64,000 bases of DNA from an uncultured Bacilli bacterium (GTDB taxonomy: Bacteria; Bacillota_I; Bacilli_A; RF39; UBA660): assembly GCA_947626095.1 (NCBI GenBank), contig CANQQV010000005.1:24572-88571 (forward strand), written 5' to 3'. The notes under the pieces were generated by a model. That model made no database searches. It was not told the DNA's origin and was given only the letters and a program-made list of their open reading frames with translations. Below, one piece after another: positions 20,764 through 30,220 of this stretch (its first letter is position 1; each line of letters opens with the position of its first letter). Both the position numbers and the translations under genes were made by a program.

Positions 20764-21273
20764 TTATGAACCTAGTTTTTCTAAGATTTCTTGAATAAAG
20801 AATTTATATTCAACTTCATCATAATCTTCTTCATTAGATTCTAATAAACATAGTGGTGGATACATAACACACCACCAGTTATTACCTTGAGCTTCACCTA
20901 AAGAGATAACTAATGATTCATATTCACCTTCATTATAAGTTACACCTTTATAATTTTTGGATGGGAAATAATTAGGTCCATAATTTACTTTGTATGGTAT
21001 ATTATATGAATTTAAAGTATTTTTGATAATATCTTCGTTAGCAGAAATAATTTGACGAGATTCTTCTAAGGAACTTGCATTTTCAAGTAAAGGAAAGAAT
21101 TGTTGTTCTAAGTCTTTCTTTATAGCTTTTTTAGTATTTTGATCAAGATCAGAGTTACTATTAGCGATTATTCTAAATCTAATTGAATCATTAGGTATTA
21201 TAGGATTATTATTGTTATATAGGAAGAATGATAAGACAATTATAATTAAAACAATGTAGATTATTTTTTTCAT
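20764..21273 (-). CDS. spoIIR: Stage II sporulation protein R
   Basis: IRFRIIANSNSDLDQ, GEAQGNNWWCVMYPPLC. Confidence 0.93.
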   Translation of the reverse strand: MKKIIYIVLIIIVLSFFLYNNNNPIIPNDSIRFRIIANSNSDLDQNTKKAIKKDLEQQFFPLLENASSLEESRQIISANEDIIKNTLNSYNIPYKVNYGPNYFPSKNYKGVTYNEGEYESLVISLGEAQGNNWWCVMYPPLCLLESNEEDYDEVEYKFFIQEILEKLGS

Positions 21274-21315
21274 TAAAATATCACCTAACATAATGTTGGG
21301 TGATATTAGTATATT

Positions 21316-22044
21316 TTATTCATTGATTATAAAAATATAACGATTTAGATGGCGAAAATCTTGTTCTAAGATAATTTTAGCGTTAGGAAAATAAGTATTA
21401 GCGATATCTTTGATAGCACTACCCTCTTCTTCACCAATTTCAAAAGCGATTATTGATTTTGACTTTAAGTACTTAGAGGATTCTTTAATTATTTCTTTAT
21501 AGAAGTATAAACCATTATCTTTCGCATATAAAGCAAGATGAGGCTCATTATTTTTAACAATTGGCATTATTTCTTCATCTTCTTTAATATATGGGGGATT
21601 ACTAATTATTAAGTCGAATTTGCCATCTATGTTAGAAAAGATATTACTTTCTTGAAAGTTAATATTAACATTATTTAGTTTAGCGTTAGAAATAGCTACT
21701 TTTAAAGCTTGAGGTGAGATATCACAAGCTGTAATATTTGCATTTTGAAATTCTTTTTTTAAAGCAATAGGTATACATCCGCTACCAGTACCAATATCTA
21801 AGATACTTAAATTAGATGGAAAATATTCTTTGATTAATTTAACGACTTTTTCCACTAATTCTTCAGTTTCAGGGCGAGGGATTAAGACATCTTTATTAAC
21901 TTTAAGTAAGCTATTATAGAAGTATGTTTCGCCGATAATATATTGGACTGGTTCACCATTTTCTAACCTTTTAATAGCTTCTTCTAAGTTTCTTTCTGGA
22001 GGAAGATATTTTTTTAAATATTCTAATTCAGTCATAGGAATCAT
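21316..22044 (-). CDS. prmC: Release factor glutamine methyltransferase
   Basis: LIPRPETEELV, LDIGTGSG, SNPPY; follows prfA. Confidence 0.96.
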   Translation of the reverse strand: MIPMTELEYLKKYLPPERNLEEAIKRLENGEPVQYIIGETYFYNSLLKVNKDVLIPRPETEELVEKVVKLIKEYFPSNLSILDIGTGSGCIPIALKKEFQNANITACDISPQALKVAISNAKLNNVNINFQESNIFSNIDGKFDLIISNPPYIKEDEEIMPIVKNNEPHLALYAKDNGLYFYKEIIKESSKYLKSKSIIAFEIGEEEGSAIKDIANTYFPNAKIILEQDFRHLNRYIFIINE

Positions 22045-22062
22045 CTTTCTAAAAAAAGGAGA

Positions 22063-23118
22063 TTATTCTCCTTTTAGTTTTCTTTGTAAGTCTTCAGTAA
22101 TTAAAGCTTCGATGATGTCTTCTAAGTCACCATCCATAACACGATCGAGATTATTAGTAGTATAACCAATACGATGATCGGTTACTCTGTTTTGAGGATA
22201 GTTATAAGTTCTAATCTTTTCGGCACGATCACCGGTACCTATCTTACTACGTCTTTCATTACCAACTTCAGCATCTTGCTTTTCTTGTTCGGCTTGATAT
22301 AAACGAGCTTTTAAAACTTCCATAGCTTGAGCTTTATTTTGTAATTGGCTTCGTTCATTTTGACAAGTTACTACTGTATTAGTTGGTAAGTGAGTAATAC
22401 GTACAGCAGATGGAGTGGTATTAACACCTTGACCACCATGACCAGTTGCACAGTAAACATCGATTCTTAAATCATTAGGATTAATATCGATTTCAACATC
22501 TTCGACTTCAGGCATTATAAGAACAGTAGCGGTAGATGTTTGGATACGACCATTAGATTCAGTAACAGGAACTCTTTGAACACGATGAGAACCTGATTCA
22601 TATTTTAATTTAGAATAAACACTTTCACCTTTTATTTTAGCTTCAATTTGGGAATAGCCACCAGCTGTTCCTGGTTCTGAATTGATGACATCAATCTTCC
22701 AACCTTGAGAATCGGCATAACGAGAATACATTCTAAACAAGTCACCAGCAAAGATATTAGCTTCATCTCCACCAGCAGCTCCTCTTATTTCCATAATTAT
22801 ATCTTTATCATCATTTTCATCTTTAGGAATAAGTAATATTTCTAGTTCACTAATTAATTTTTCTTTTTTAGCTTGGCCTTCTTCTAATTCAAGAGCAGCC
22901 ATCTCACCCATTTCAGGATCATTTAATAATTCTTTAGCTTCTTTAATATTACTTTCAACTTTTTGATATTCTTTATACTTTAAGTATGTTTCTTCTAAAT
23001 CTTTTTGTTCTTTAGATAATTTCCTTAAAGTATTATAATCATTTAATACTTCAGGGGTAGAAAGTTTTTCTGTTAATTCTTCGTATTTTGCTTGTATCGC
23101 TTCTAATCTTTCAAACAT
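22063..23118 (-). CDS. prfA: Peptide chain release factor 1
   Basis: PVT anticodon motif, GGQ, IRTYNYPQNRVTDHRI. Confidence 0.98.
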   Translation of the reverse strand: MFERLEAIQAKYEELTEKLSTPEVLNDYNTLRKLSKEQKDLEETYLKYKEYQKVESNIKEAKELLNDPEMGEMAALELEEGQAKKEKLISELEILLIPKDENDDKDIIMEIRGAAGGDEANIFAGDLFRMYSRYADSQGWKIDVINSEPGTAGGYSQIEAKIKGESVYSKLKYESGSHRVQRVPVTESNGRIQTSTATVLIMPEVEDVEIDINPNDLRIDVYCATGHGGQGVNTTPSAVRITHLPTNTVVTCQNERSQLQNKAQAMEVLKARLYQAEQEKQDAEVGNERRSKIGTGDRAEKIRTYNYPQNRVTDHRIGYTTNNLDRVMDGDLEDIIEALITEDLQRKLKGE

Positions 23119-23181
23119 GATTATTTCACGCCTTTCGTCTTGTATTATATCATATTAAAATTAAATGTAAAAAACAAATGG

Positions 23182-23631
23182 TTACATCATGCCATTTGCT
23201 TCTTCATCTTCATCGATTATGACTAAATCTTTTAAATCATCGTCATCAGTTAAATCTTCAGTTTCATCTTCTTCATCAGAATAGATATCTTTATCTTCTG
23301 TTTCATCTTCTTCGATGTCATCTAAGTCAACATCTTCTTCGATGTCTTCATCGTCATCATCATTATCAATGATTACTTTAGTAGAATGTTTAGTTTTTAA
23401 ATCCCAAAGACCATTTCCTAACATTATGAAACGGCGATCAGTTGATAAAACATCTAAGAAAGCTGGTAATTTATCTACAAATTCGTCATCAGATAAACCA
23501 ACTAATTTGCAAATTTCCTTAAATAATTCGTTGATCTTCATTTGACGATTAGTTTCAGTTAGGATCATTTCTGCTATATCATCGTAGGACATAGCCTCTA
23601 ATTCGGCTTGAGTTAAATCTTTTAATTTCAT
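23182..23631 (-). CDS. rpoE: RNA polymerase delta subunit
   Basis: DRRF...WDLK and acidic C-terminal tail; next to argS. Confidence 0.9.
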   Translation of the reverse strand: MKLKDLTQAELEAMSYDDIAEMILTETNRQMKINELFKEICKLVGLSDDEFVDKLPAFLDVLSTDRRFIMLGNGLWDLKTKHSTKVIIDNDDDDEDIEEDVDLDDIEEDETEDKDIYSDEEDETEDLTDDDDLKDLVIIDEDEEANGMM

Positions 23632-23718
23632 TTTAGTTATAACCTCCAAATATTTCACTAGACACCATTATACATATTTTTTTTAATATGACAATAGAAA
23701 TTTTTAAATTTTTTTAAT

Positions 23719-25470
23719 TTACATTCTATCTGGTACTTCGATACCTAAAATATTTAATAGCTTCATATTATTTTCATAGATAACTTTAGTAAGAATTAAC
23801 CAAGATTCTTGTAAAGATTTATCTTCTTCTGTAAGTATATGATGGTTAGCATAAAAGTTGTTATATAGATTGGTTATTTTATATAAATGTTCAGTAATAT
23901 CATTTAGAGATTTGACATTTATTGATTTAGTTAGAACACTTCTTAAGTTTAATAAACAGATTATAACGTCACGATCGAGATTATTATTAATTATTTTGTA
24001 TTCATTATATTTTAAATTAGCTTCTTCGGCTTTTTTTAGTAATGAACGCATTCTAATTGTGGAATATAGAAGATATGGCCCTGTTTTACCTTGTAGGTCA
24101 CTAAATTTAACTGGATCAAAGTTATAATCAGTTAAACGGAATGGAATTAAGTCAGCATACTTAATGGCTGCTACCGATAAGGTTTCAGCAACTTTATCAC
24201 GTTCATCACCAGTTATATTTGGTAAGATTTTCTTTTCACATTCGACTTTAGCTAGATCAAGTAGGGCTTCAAGAGTCATTACGCCACCATCTCTAGTTTT
24301 AAATGGTTTACCATCGGCACCATTCATTGTACCAAAAGGAATAAATTCTAATTTAACATTATCATCAACGATATGAGATTTTTGAGCTGCTCTAAAGACT
24401 TGTTCAAAATGTAATGATTGACGAGCATCAGTTAAATACCATATTTCATCTGGATGCCATTTTTTCATTCTCTCCCAGATACAAGCTAAATCGGTTGTTT
24501 CGTATGATGCACTACCATTTGATTTAACTAATAATAAAGGAGGTATTTCATGGTCATCGTCTTCTTCTTTAACGTTAATAACACGAGCTCCTTCACTATT
24601 CTCAACAATGTGTTCGCGTTCTAAATACTCTGTCATTTCATCAATATATTTATAGCCGTCTGATTCACCTTCCCAGACTTCGAAGGTTGTATTTAATTTA
24701 TCGTAAATTCTTTTAATATCAGTTTTAGAAACATTCATAATATGATGCCATAAAGCCATTAAGCCTTTTTCGCCTTCTTGGAATTTAGAAGTCATTAAAC
24801 GAGCTTCTTCCATATATGTTTCATCTTCTTTGGCTTTATTACTAGCATATGGATACATTTCCATTAAATCATCATTAGTAACTGGTGATTCAGTTGGATA
24901 TTCACCACTAAAATCTGGATCAAAATATGGTAATTCTGGATGACGATGCTTTAGTTCAACCATTACTAATCCGATTGGACGTCCCCAGTCACCTAAGTGA
25001 GCATCGGCAATCGTTTTATTACCTAAAGCGTTTGATAGTCTTTTTAAAGCTTCACCAATATTAGCACTTCTTAAATGGCCGACATGTAAGGCTTTAGCAA
25101 CATTAGCACCACCGTAATCCATAAAAATGGTTTTAGGATGATCATTTTCGTAATTAATGTTAATATTAGTATTTAAATCATTAACATGTTTAATTAAAGA
25201 TTCATTACTAAAAGTAATATTGATAAAACCTGGTCCAGCAATATTTATATCTTGATAATGATTATCTTTTTTTATACATTCAACTATTTCAGTAGCTATA
25301 TCACGTGGATTTTTACCATATTGTTTAGACATAGCCATAGCTCCATTAAATTGATAATCACCAAATTCCGGACGTGAGGAAACATTTAAAACTACTTCAT
25401 TACAATCATAACCACATTCTTTAATTTTACTTTTTAAATAAGTTTGTTCTTCTTCGATAAAACTACTCAT
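23719..25470 (-). CDS. argS: Arginine--tRNA ligase
   Basis: NVAKALHVGHLRS, FKTRDGG, GKTGPYLLY. Confidence 0.98.
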   Translation of the reverse strand: MSSFIEEEQTYLKSKIKECGYDCNEVVLNVSSRPEFGDYQFNGAMAMSKQYGKNPRDIATEIVECIKKDNHYQDINIAGPGFINITFSNESLIKHVNDLNTNININYENDHPKTIFMDYGGANVAKALHVGHLRSANIGEALKRLSNALGNKTIADAHLGDWGRPIGLVMVELKHRHPELPYFDPDFSGEYPTESPVTNDDLMEMYPYASNKAKEDETYMEEARLMTSKFQEGEKGLMALWHHIMNVSKTDIKRIYDKLNTTFEVWEGESDGYKYIDEMTEYLEREHIVENSEGARVINVKEEDDDHEIPPLLLVKSNGSASYETTDLACIWERMKKWHPDEIWYLTDARQSLHFEQVFRAAQKSHIVDDNVKLEFIPFGTMNGADGKPFKTRDGGVMTLEALLDLAKVECEKKILPNITGDERDKVAETLSVAAIKYADLIPFRLTDYNFDPVKFSDLQGKTGPYLLYSTIRMRSLLKKAEEANLKYNEYKIINNNLDRDVIICLLNLRSVLTKSINVKSLNDITEHLYKITNLYNNFYANHHILTEEDKSLQESWLILTKVIYENNMKLLNILGIEVPDRM

Positions 25471-25825
25471 TTACATCACCTTCAATATTAATTTCTATTT
25501 TAATAATATCTTCATCACTAGATAATCTATACTCTAATATTATATTATTATCAGTAAATTTAGAAGATAATTTTAAGACTTCAATGTCAAATAACATATC
25601 ATTTTCTTTTAATAAATATAAACCTTCTTTAGTTATTAAATCTAAGCTAAATTTAAATTCATTATTTTCTCTAGTAAACTTCTTTTTACTAATTGTTGTT
25701 TTAGTACCATCAATTTTAAAAGTATAAGTATCATTAGTATATAAAGCTTTAATATTAAAATATTCATTTTCAATCTTTTTAGCTTTATAAAGTCTTAAAT
25801 TTAATAACTTTTTCATAAAGGTCAT
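25463..25825 (-). CDS. Hypothetical protein (YwiB/DUF1934-like by position)
   Basis: Beta-rich small ORF overlapping argS start, as ywiB-argS in Bacilli. Confidence 0.5.
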   Translation of the reverse strand: MTFMKKLLNLRLYKAKKIENEYFNIKALYTNDTYTFKIDGTKTTISKKKFTRENNEFKFSLDLITKEGLYLLKENDMLFDIEVLKLSSKFTDNNIILEYRLSSDEDIIKIEINIEGDVNE

Positions 25826-25901
25826 TCCTTTTGCCAGTGATTATAACATAATATTATATAGTTTGCACTTATAATTTAGAAATTTTTTTTAATAATAATT
25901 A

Positions 25902-27863
25902 ATGGGTGTTTTTATGAAATTATTAAAAAAATTATTTACTTTAGTTTGTGTTTTATTTATTATGGGTATTTTTGGGATTGTTGGATTATATTTATACGCT
26001 TATTTTTCACCAAAGTTAGATATTAAAAATACTAATCAAATATATATTTATGATGATAAAGAGGATTTAGTTTATCAAGGTTCAGGTAATAATGAATGGG
26101 TTTCTTTAGATAATATATCACCATACTTTATTGATGCGGTATTAAGTACAGAAGATAAGAATTTTTATAAACACCATGGATTTGATATACCAAGAATTAT
26201 TAAAGCTATGTATGTAAATATTAAAAGTGGCAGTATTGTCCAAGGAGCTTCAACAATTAGTCAACAATATATTAAGAATATGTATTTAGATTTTGATAAG
26301 ACTTGGAAAAGAAAAATAGAAGAAGCTTTTTTAACTTTAAGATTAGAAGTTCAGTATGAGAAAAGTGAAATATTGGAAGGATATTTGAATACAATTAATT
26401 TTGGTCAAGGTAATTATGGTGTTGAAAATGCTAGTCATTTTTATTTTAATAAGGATGCAAAAGATTTAACTTTGGAAGAAGCGATTATTTTAGCAGGTAT
26501 TCCAAAATCGCCGAATAAATATAATCCAGTTAGTGATTATGAAGCTTCTTTAAAGAGAGCTAAAGTAATTAGTAAGTTAATGCTTAATAATGATTGTATT
26601 GATCAAGGTACTTATGATAACTTATTTAAAGATGATATAGCGATATATGGTAAAGCAAGTGATAATAATTTAAATATGCTAATGTATTATCAAGATGCGG
26701 TTTATGATGAATTAGAAAGTTTAGAAGCAATACCTGATTCGTTGATTGAATCCGGAGGAATTAGAATTTATACTTCACTTAATATGGATGCGCAAAAGTT
26801 AATGGAAGAAAATATCTTAGCCGAAATGAAAGATGAAGATAGTATGCAAGTAGCAAGTATTATTGTTAATCCTAAAACTGGTGGAGTTATGGCTTTAACT
26901 GGTGGGTTTGATTATGCTAAAAGTCAGTATAACCGAGCAATAAGTAGTAAAAGACAAGTGGGATCATCTATTAAACCGATTCTTTATTATGCGGCATTAG
27001 AAAATGGGATGGTTTCTTCTTCAACTTTCTTAAGTGAACCAACAACTTTTATGTTTTCATCTAATCAAGAATATTCACCATCTAATTATAATGATAAGTA
27101 TGGAAATAAAAATATTACAATGGCCGCGGCGATTGCTTATTCAGATAATATTTATGCGGTTAAGACACATTTATTTTTAGGGGAAGATACTTTAGTTAAT
27201 ACAGCTCATAGGATGGGTATTAAAGCCGATTTACAAGCTATACCTTCTCTGGCTTTAGGTACTTGTGAATTAAGTATGTTAGATTTTGCAAGAGCTTATA
27301 CAACTTTAGCTAGTGGCGGCTATAAAAGAGATTTAACGTTTATTAATAGAATTGAAGATATACAAGGAAATGTATTATATGAAAAGAATGATAGTGCTGA
27401 TTTAGTATTAAATGAAGCTTATGACTATATATTAAATGAAATGATGACTTCGACTTATAATTCAGCTTTCGTAGATTATAATACACCAACGGTTATGAGT
27501 GTTGCTTCGAAGATATCAAGTAAGTATGCTATAAAGACTGGTTCATCTGGAACTGATTGTTGGATGGTTGGGTATAACCCAAATGTTTTGATGATGGTAT
27601 GGAATGGTAATGATGATAATAGCGAACTTAAAGTAGCGGATGGTAAGATATCCAAAAACATTTGGGTGAATACAGTAGAAAATTTAGATATCGATAAGAC
27701 TTGGTATGAAAAACCAGCTAATGTAGTTGGAGTGCCACTTAATGCAATTACTGGGGAAGAAACGAAAGATACGAAAAATTCAACAATCTTTTATTATGTA
27801 AGTGGTAGTGAATATCGTAATGCGGATACAGAAGCAGTTTTTAAAGAAGTAACTAAAGAATAA
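25902..27863 (+). CDS. Class A penicillin-binding protein (PbpG/YwhE-like)
   Basis: EDKNFYKHHG, GASTISQQ, RKIEE, SSIK, SDN, KTG. Confidence 0.92.
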   Translation: MGVFMKLLKKLFTLVCVLFIMGIFGIVGLYLYAYFSPKLDIKNTNQIYIYDDKEDLVYQGSGNNEWVSLDNISPYFIDAVLSTEDKNFYKHHGFDIPRIIKAMYVNIKSGSIVQGASTISQQYIKNMYLDFDKTWKRKIEEAFLTLRLEVQYEKSEILEGYLNTINFGQGNYGVENASHFYFNKDAKDLTLEEAIILAGIPKSPNKYNPVSDYEASLKRAKVISKLMLNNDCIDQGTYDNLFKDDIAIYGKASDNNLNMLMYYQDAVYDELESLEAIPDSLIESGGIRIYTSLNMDAQKLMEENILAEMKDEDSMQVASIIVNPKTGGVMALTGGFDYAKSQYNRAISSKRQVGSSIKPILYYAALENGMVSSSTFLSEPTTFMFSSNQEYSPSNYNDKYGNKNITMAAAIAYSDNIYAVKTHLFLGEDTLVNTAHRMGIKADLQAIPSLALGTCELSMLDFARAYTTLASGGYKRDLTFINRIEDIQGNVLYEKNDSADLVLNEAYDYILNEMMTSTYNSAFVDYNTPTVMSVASKISSKYAIKTGSSGTDCWMVGYNPNVLMMVWNGNDDNSELKVADGKISKNIWVNTVENLDIDKTWYEKPANVVGVPLNAITGEETKDTKNSTIFYYVSGSEYRNADTEAVFKEVTKE

Positions 27864-27925
27864 GAAAAGATACATAGTGTTGATTATGTATCTTTTTCAA
27901 ATGTATATAATAAAAAGACAACTTT

Positions 27926-29446
27926 TTAGTTGTCTTTATGTATTTGCATTGTAATTTGATAATTGTTATCAAAGTCGATTTCTTCAACATTAATGAAGAA
28001 ACCTTTTTCGCCTAATCCTTCAATACAAGAACGAACTGTAGCAATTGCATCTTTTAAATCCATCTTACCTGGAGCGGCTGGTTTTTGACCATTATTCATT
28101 AGTTGATCTACAGCTTGCATTGGATCCACTTCTTTTTCTTCTTTATTAGCTATTTCAATTTCTGGACTATTATCCATAACTGGAGTAAAGAATTTATTAT
28201 TTGGATTACGATCAAAATCAGTATTTAATGGAGCACCATTATATGGATTAATTGAACTATTAACGACTGGTTTAGGTGGTTCTGGTTTTGGCTCTTCTAC
28301 TGGAGTTGGATTAGGATTATTATTCATATTGATAAATGAATTACTTGGAGTTGGTGAATCAAATACTTCAAAAGTATTATTATTTTCAGCAACTGGAGTC
28401 ATATTATTCATTGTATTATTCATTAGTTCTGTGGAATTCATAAAATTTGATTGTGGAGTTGTATTATTATCAAAAGTATTTGCCATATTAAAGTATTTAT
28501 TTTGTTCTGAAGGTTGTTCAACGATACTTTCTGGTGGCATAATTGTACTTACAGAATTTGGTGTAGCAATATTAAATTCAGGAATCGTTGTTGCTTGAGT
28601 ATATGGAGCTGGTTCTTCTAACGATTCTGGTTCATTTGATACTGGTTGAATATTATTTGATACTGGTGTTTCCTCTAATGTTTCTAATGTTTCTAGTTGC
28701 TCTGGAGGATTATTTTTAATTCGATTAGCTTCACTAATATCGATTGAATTAGCTTTGATATCTTCGATACTTGGAATTGATGATACTAATGGAACTTCAC
28801 CAGTACCTTCATCTTCTTCATCGGCACTAACCATTTGATTAGCTTCATTTAATTTTTTTAATTCTAAGTCTAATTGTCTAACTGTTAAACGTTCATTAAT
28901 TATACGATGTAGCCATTCTCTTTGGGCATTCTTGTCTTCTAAAGATAACAAAGTACGAGCATGACGTTCAGATATTTTTTCTTCAAGTAAGGCTTGTTGT
29001 ACTTCTTCGTCTAAGTTTAATAAACGTAATTTATTAGCAATAGATGGTTGAGATAAACCCATTCTTTTAGCTAGTTGTTCTTGAGTAAGATAACCTTTAT
29101 CAAGTAAACTTTTATATGAACGAGCTTCCTCAATAGCTGTTAAATCTCTTCTTTGAACATTTTCAACTAAAGCTACTTCGGCTGATTTATTATCATCGAT
29201 ATTAGCTATTACTGCTGGAACTGTAGTAAGACCAGCTATTTGAGCAGCTTTATATCTTCTTTCACCAGCAATTATTTCATATTTATCGCCTAATTTTCTT
29301 AATACTAATGGTTGGATAATACCATGTTCTCTAATAGAATCAGCAAGTTCTTTTAAACCTTGTTCATCGAATGAAAGTCTTGGTTGGAATCTATTAGGTA
29401 TTATATCTTCAATATGTACTTGTAGTACGCCTGATTCTAGATTCAT
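27926..29446 (-). CDS. noc: Nucleoid occlusion protein Noc (ParB family) with long low-complexity insertion
   Basis: PNRFQPR, GERRYKA, SQPSIANKLRLL, ERHAR, Noc-type C-terminus; follows rsmG. Confidence 0.88.
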   Translation of the reverse strand: MNLESGVLQVHIEDIIPNRFQPRLSFDEQGLKELADSIREHGIIQPLVLRKLGDKYEIIAGERRYKAAQIAGLTTVPAVIANIDDNKSAEVALVENVQRRDLTAIEEARSYKSLLDKGYLTQEQLAKRMGLSQPSIANKLRLLNLDEEVQQALLEEKISERHARTLLSLEDKNAQREWLHRIINERLTVRQLDLELKKLNEANQMVSADEEDEGTGEVPLVSSIPSIEDIKANSIDISEANRIKNNPPEQLETLETLEETPVSNNIQPVSNEPESLEEPAPYTQATTIPEFNIATPNSVSTIMPPESIVEQPSEQNKYFNMANTFDNNTTPQSNFMNSTELMNNTMNNMTPVAENNNTFEVFDSPTPSNSFINMNNNPNPTPVEEPKPEPPKPVVNSSINPYNGAPLNTDFDRNPNNKFFTPVMDNSPEIEIANKEEKEVDPMQAVDQLMNNGQKPAAPGKMDLKDAIATVRSCIEGLGEKGFFINVEEIDFDNNYQITMQIHKDN

Positions 29447-29503
29447 ATAATCAGCCCCTTTTATCTAGTCTTTCCTATTATTAATAATACCCTATTTTAC
29501 TTT

Positions 29504-30220
29504 TTATTTCAATGGGTACTTAACTATCTTGTCATATCTTCTTGGGTATTCCTTAGGTGTATTATTTATTTTTTTTATTTTAATTATATTTCTGGTACTT
29601 TCTTCGTATGGTAAAGAAAATTTAATTATTTCTTCAATGTTTCCACCTAGCTTTTTAATCGCATTTAATGAAGAATTTATCTCTTCTTCATTTGATCCTT
29701 TTAAAGGAATAAAATAGCCATTTAATTTAGTTAGTGGTAAACATAATTCTGATAATGTAGTCATATTACTTACAGCTCTGGCAGTAACTAGGTCGAAGAT
29801 TTCACGATTTTGAAGACAGAATTCTTCGGCACGACCATGATAATAATTTATATTAGTTAGTTGTAATTTATTTCCCAATTCTTGTAGGAAGTTGATTTTT
29901 TTATTGTTAGAATCTAGCAATGTTACTTCAATGTTGGGAAATAATATTTTAATAACCATACCAGGAAATCCTGCACCTGTGCCAATATCTATTAAGTTAT
30001 TTATTTTATTTAAGTCAATTGCTTTTACTAAAGTTAGAGAATCATAAAAATGTTTTAAATAGATTTGGTCTTCTTCAGTAATAGCTGTTAGGTTGGTATG
30101 AGAGTTATATTCAACTAAGAATTTAGCATAGATATCTAACTTATTTAATTGTTCTTCTGTTAGATTAAGACCTAGTTTGCTAACTTCTTTTATAAATTCT
30201 TCTTTATTCATCTTTACCAT
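29504..30220 (-). CDS. rsmG: 16S rRNA m7G methyltransferase
   Basis: NLTAI, KHFYDSL, DIGTGAGFPG, TARAV. Confidence 0.97.
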   Translation of the reverse strand: MVKMNKEEFIKEVSKLGLNLTEEQLNKLDIYAKFLVEYNSHTNLTAITEEDQIYLKHFYDSLTLVKAIDLNKINNLIDIGTGAGFPGMVIKILFPNIEVTLLDSNNKKINFLQELGNKLQLTNINYYHGRAEEFCLQNREIFDLVTARAVSNMTTLSELCLPLTKLNGYFIPLKGSNEEEINSSLNAIKKLGGNIEEIIKFSLPYEESTRNIIKIKKINNTPKEYPRRYDKIVKYPLK

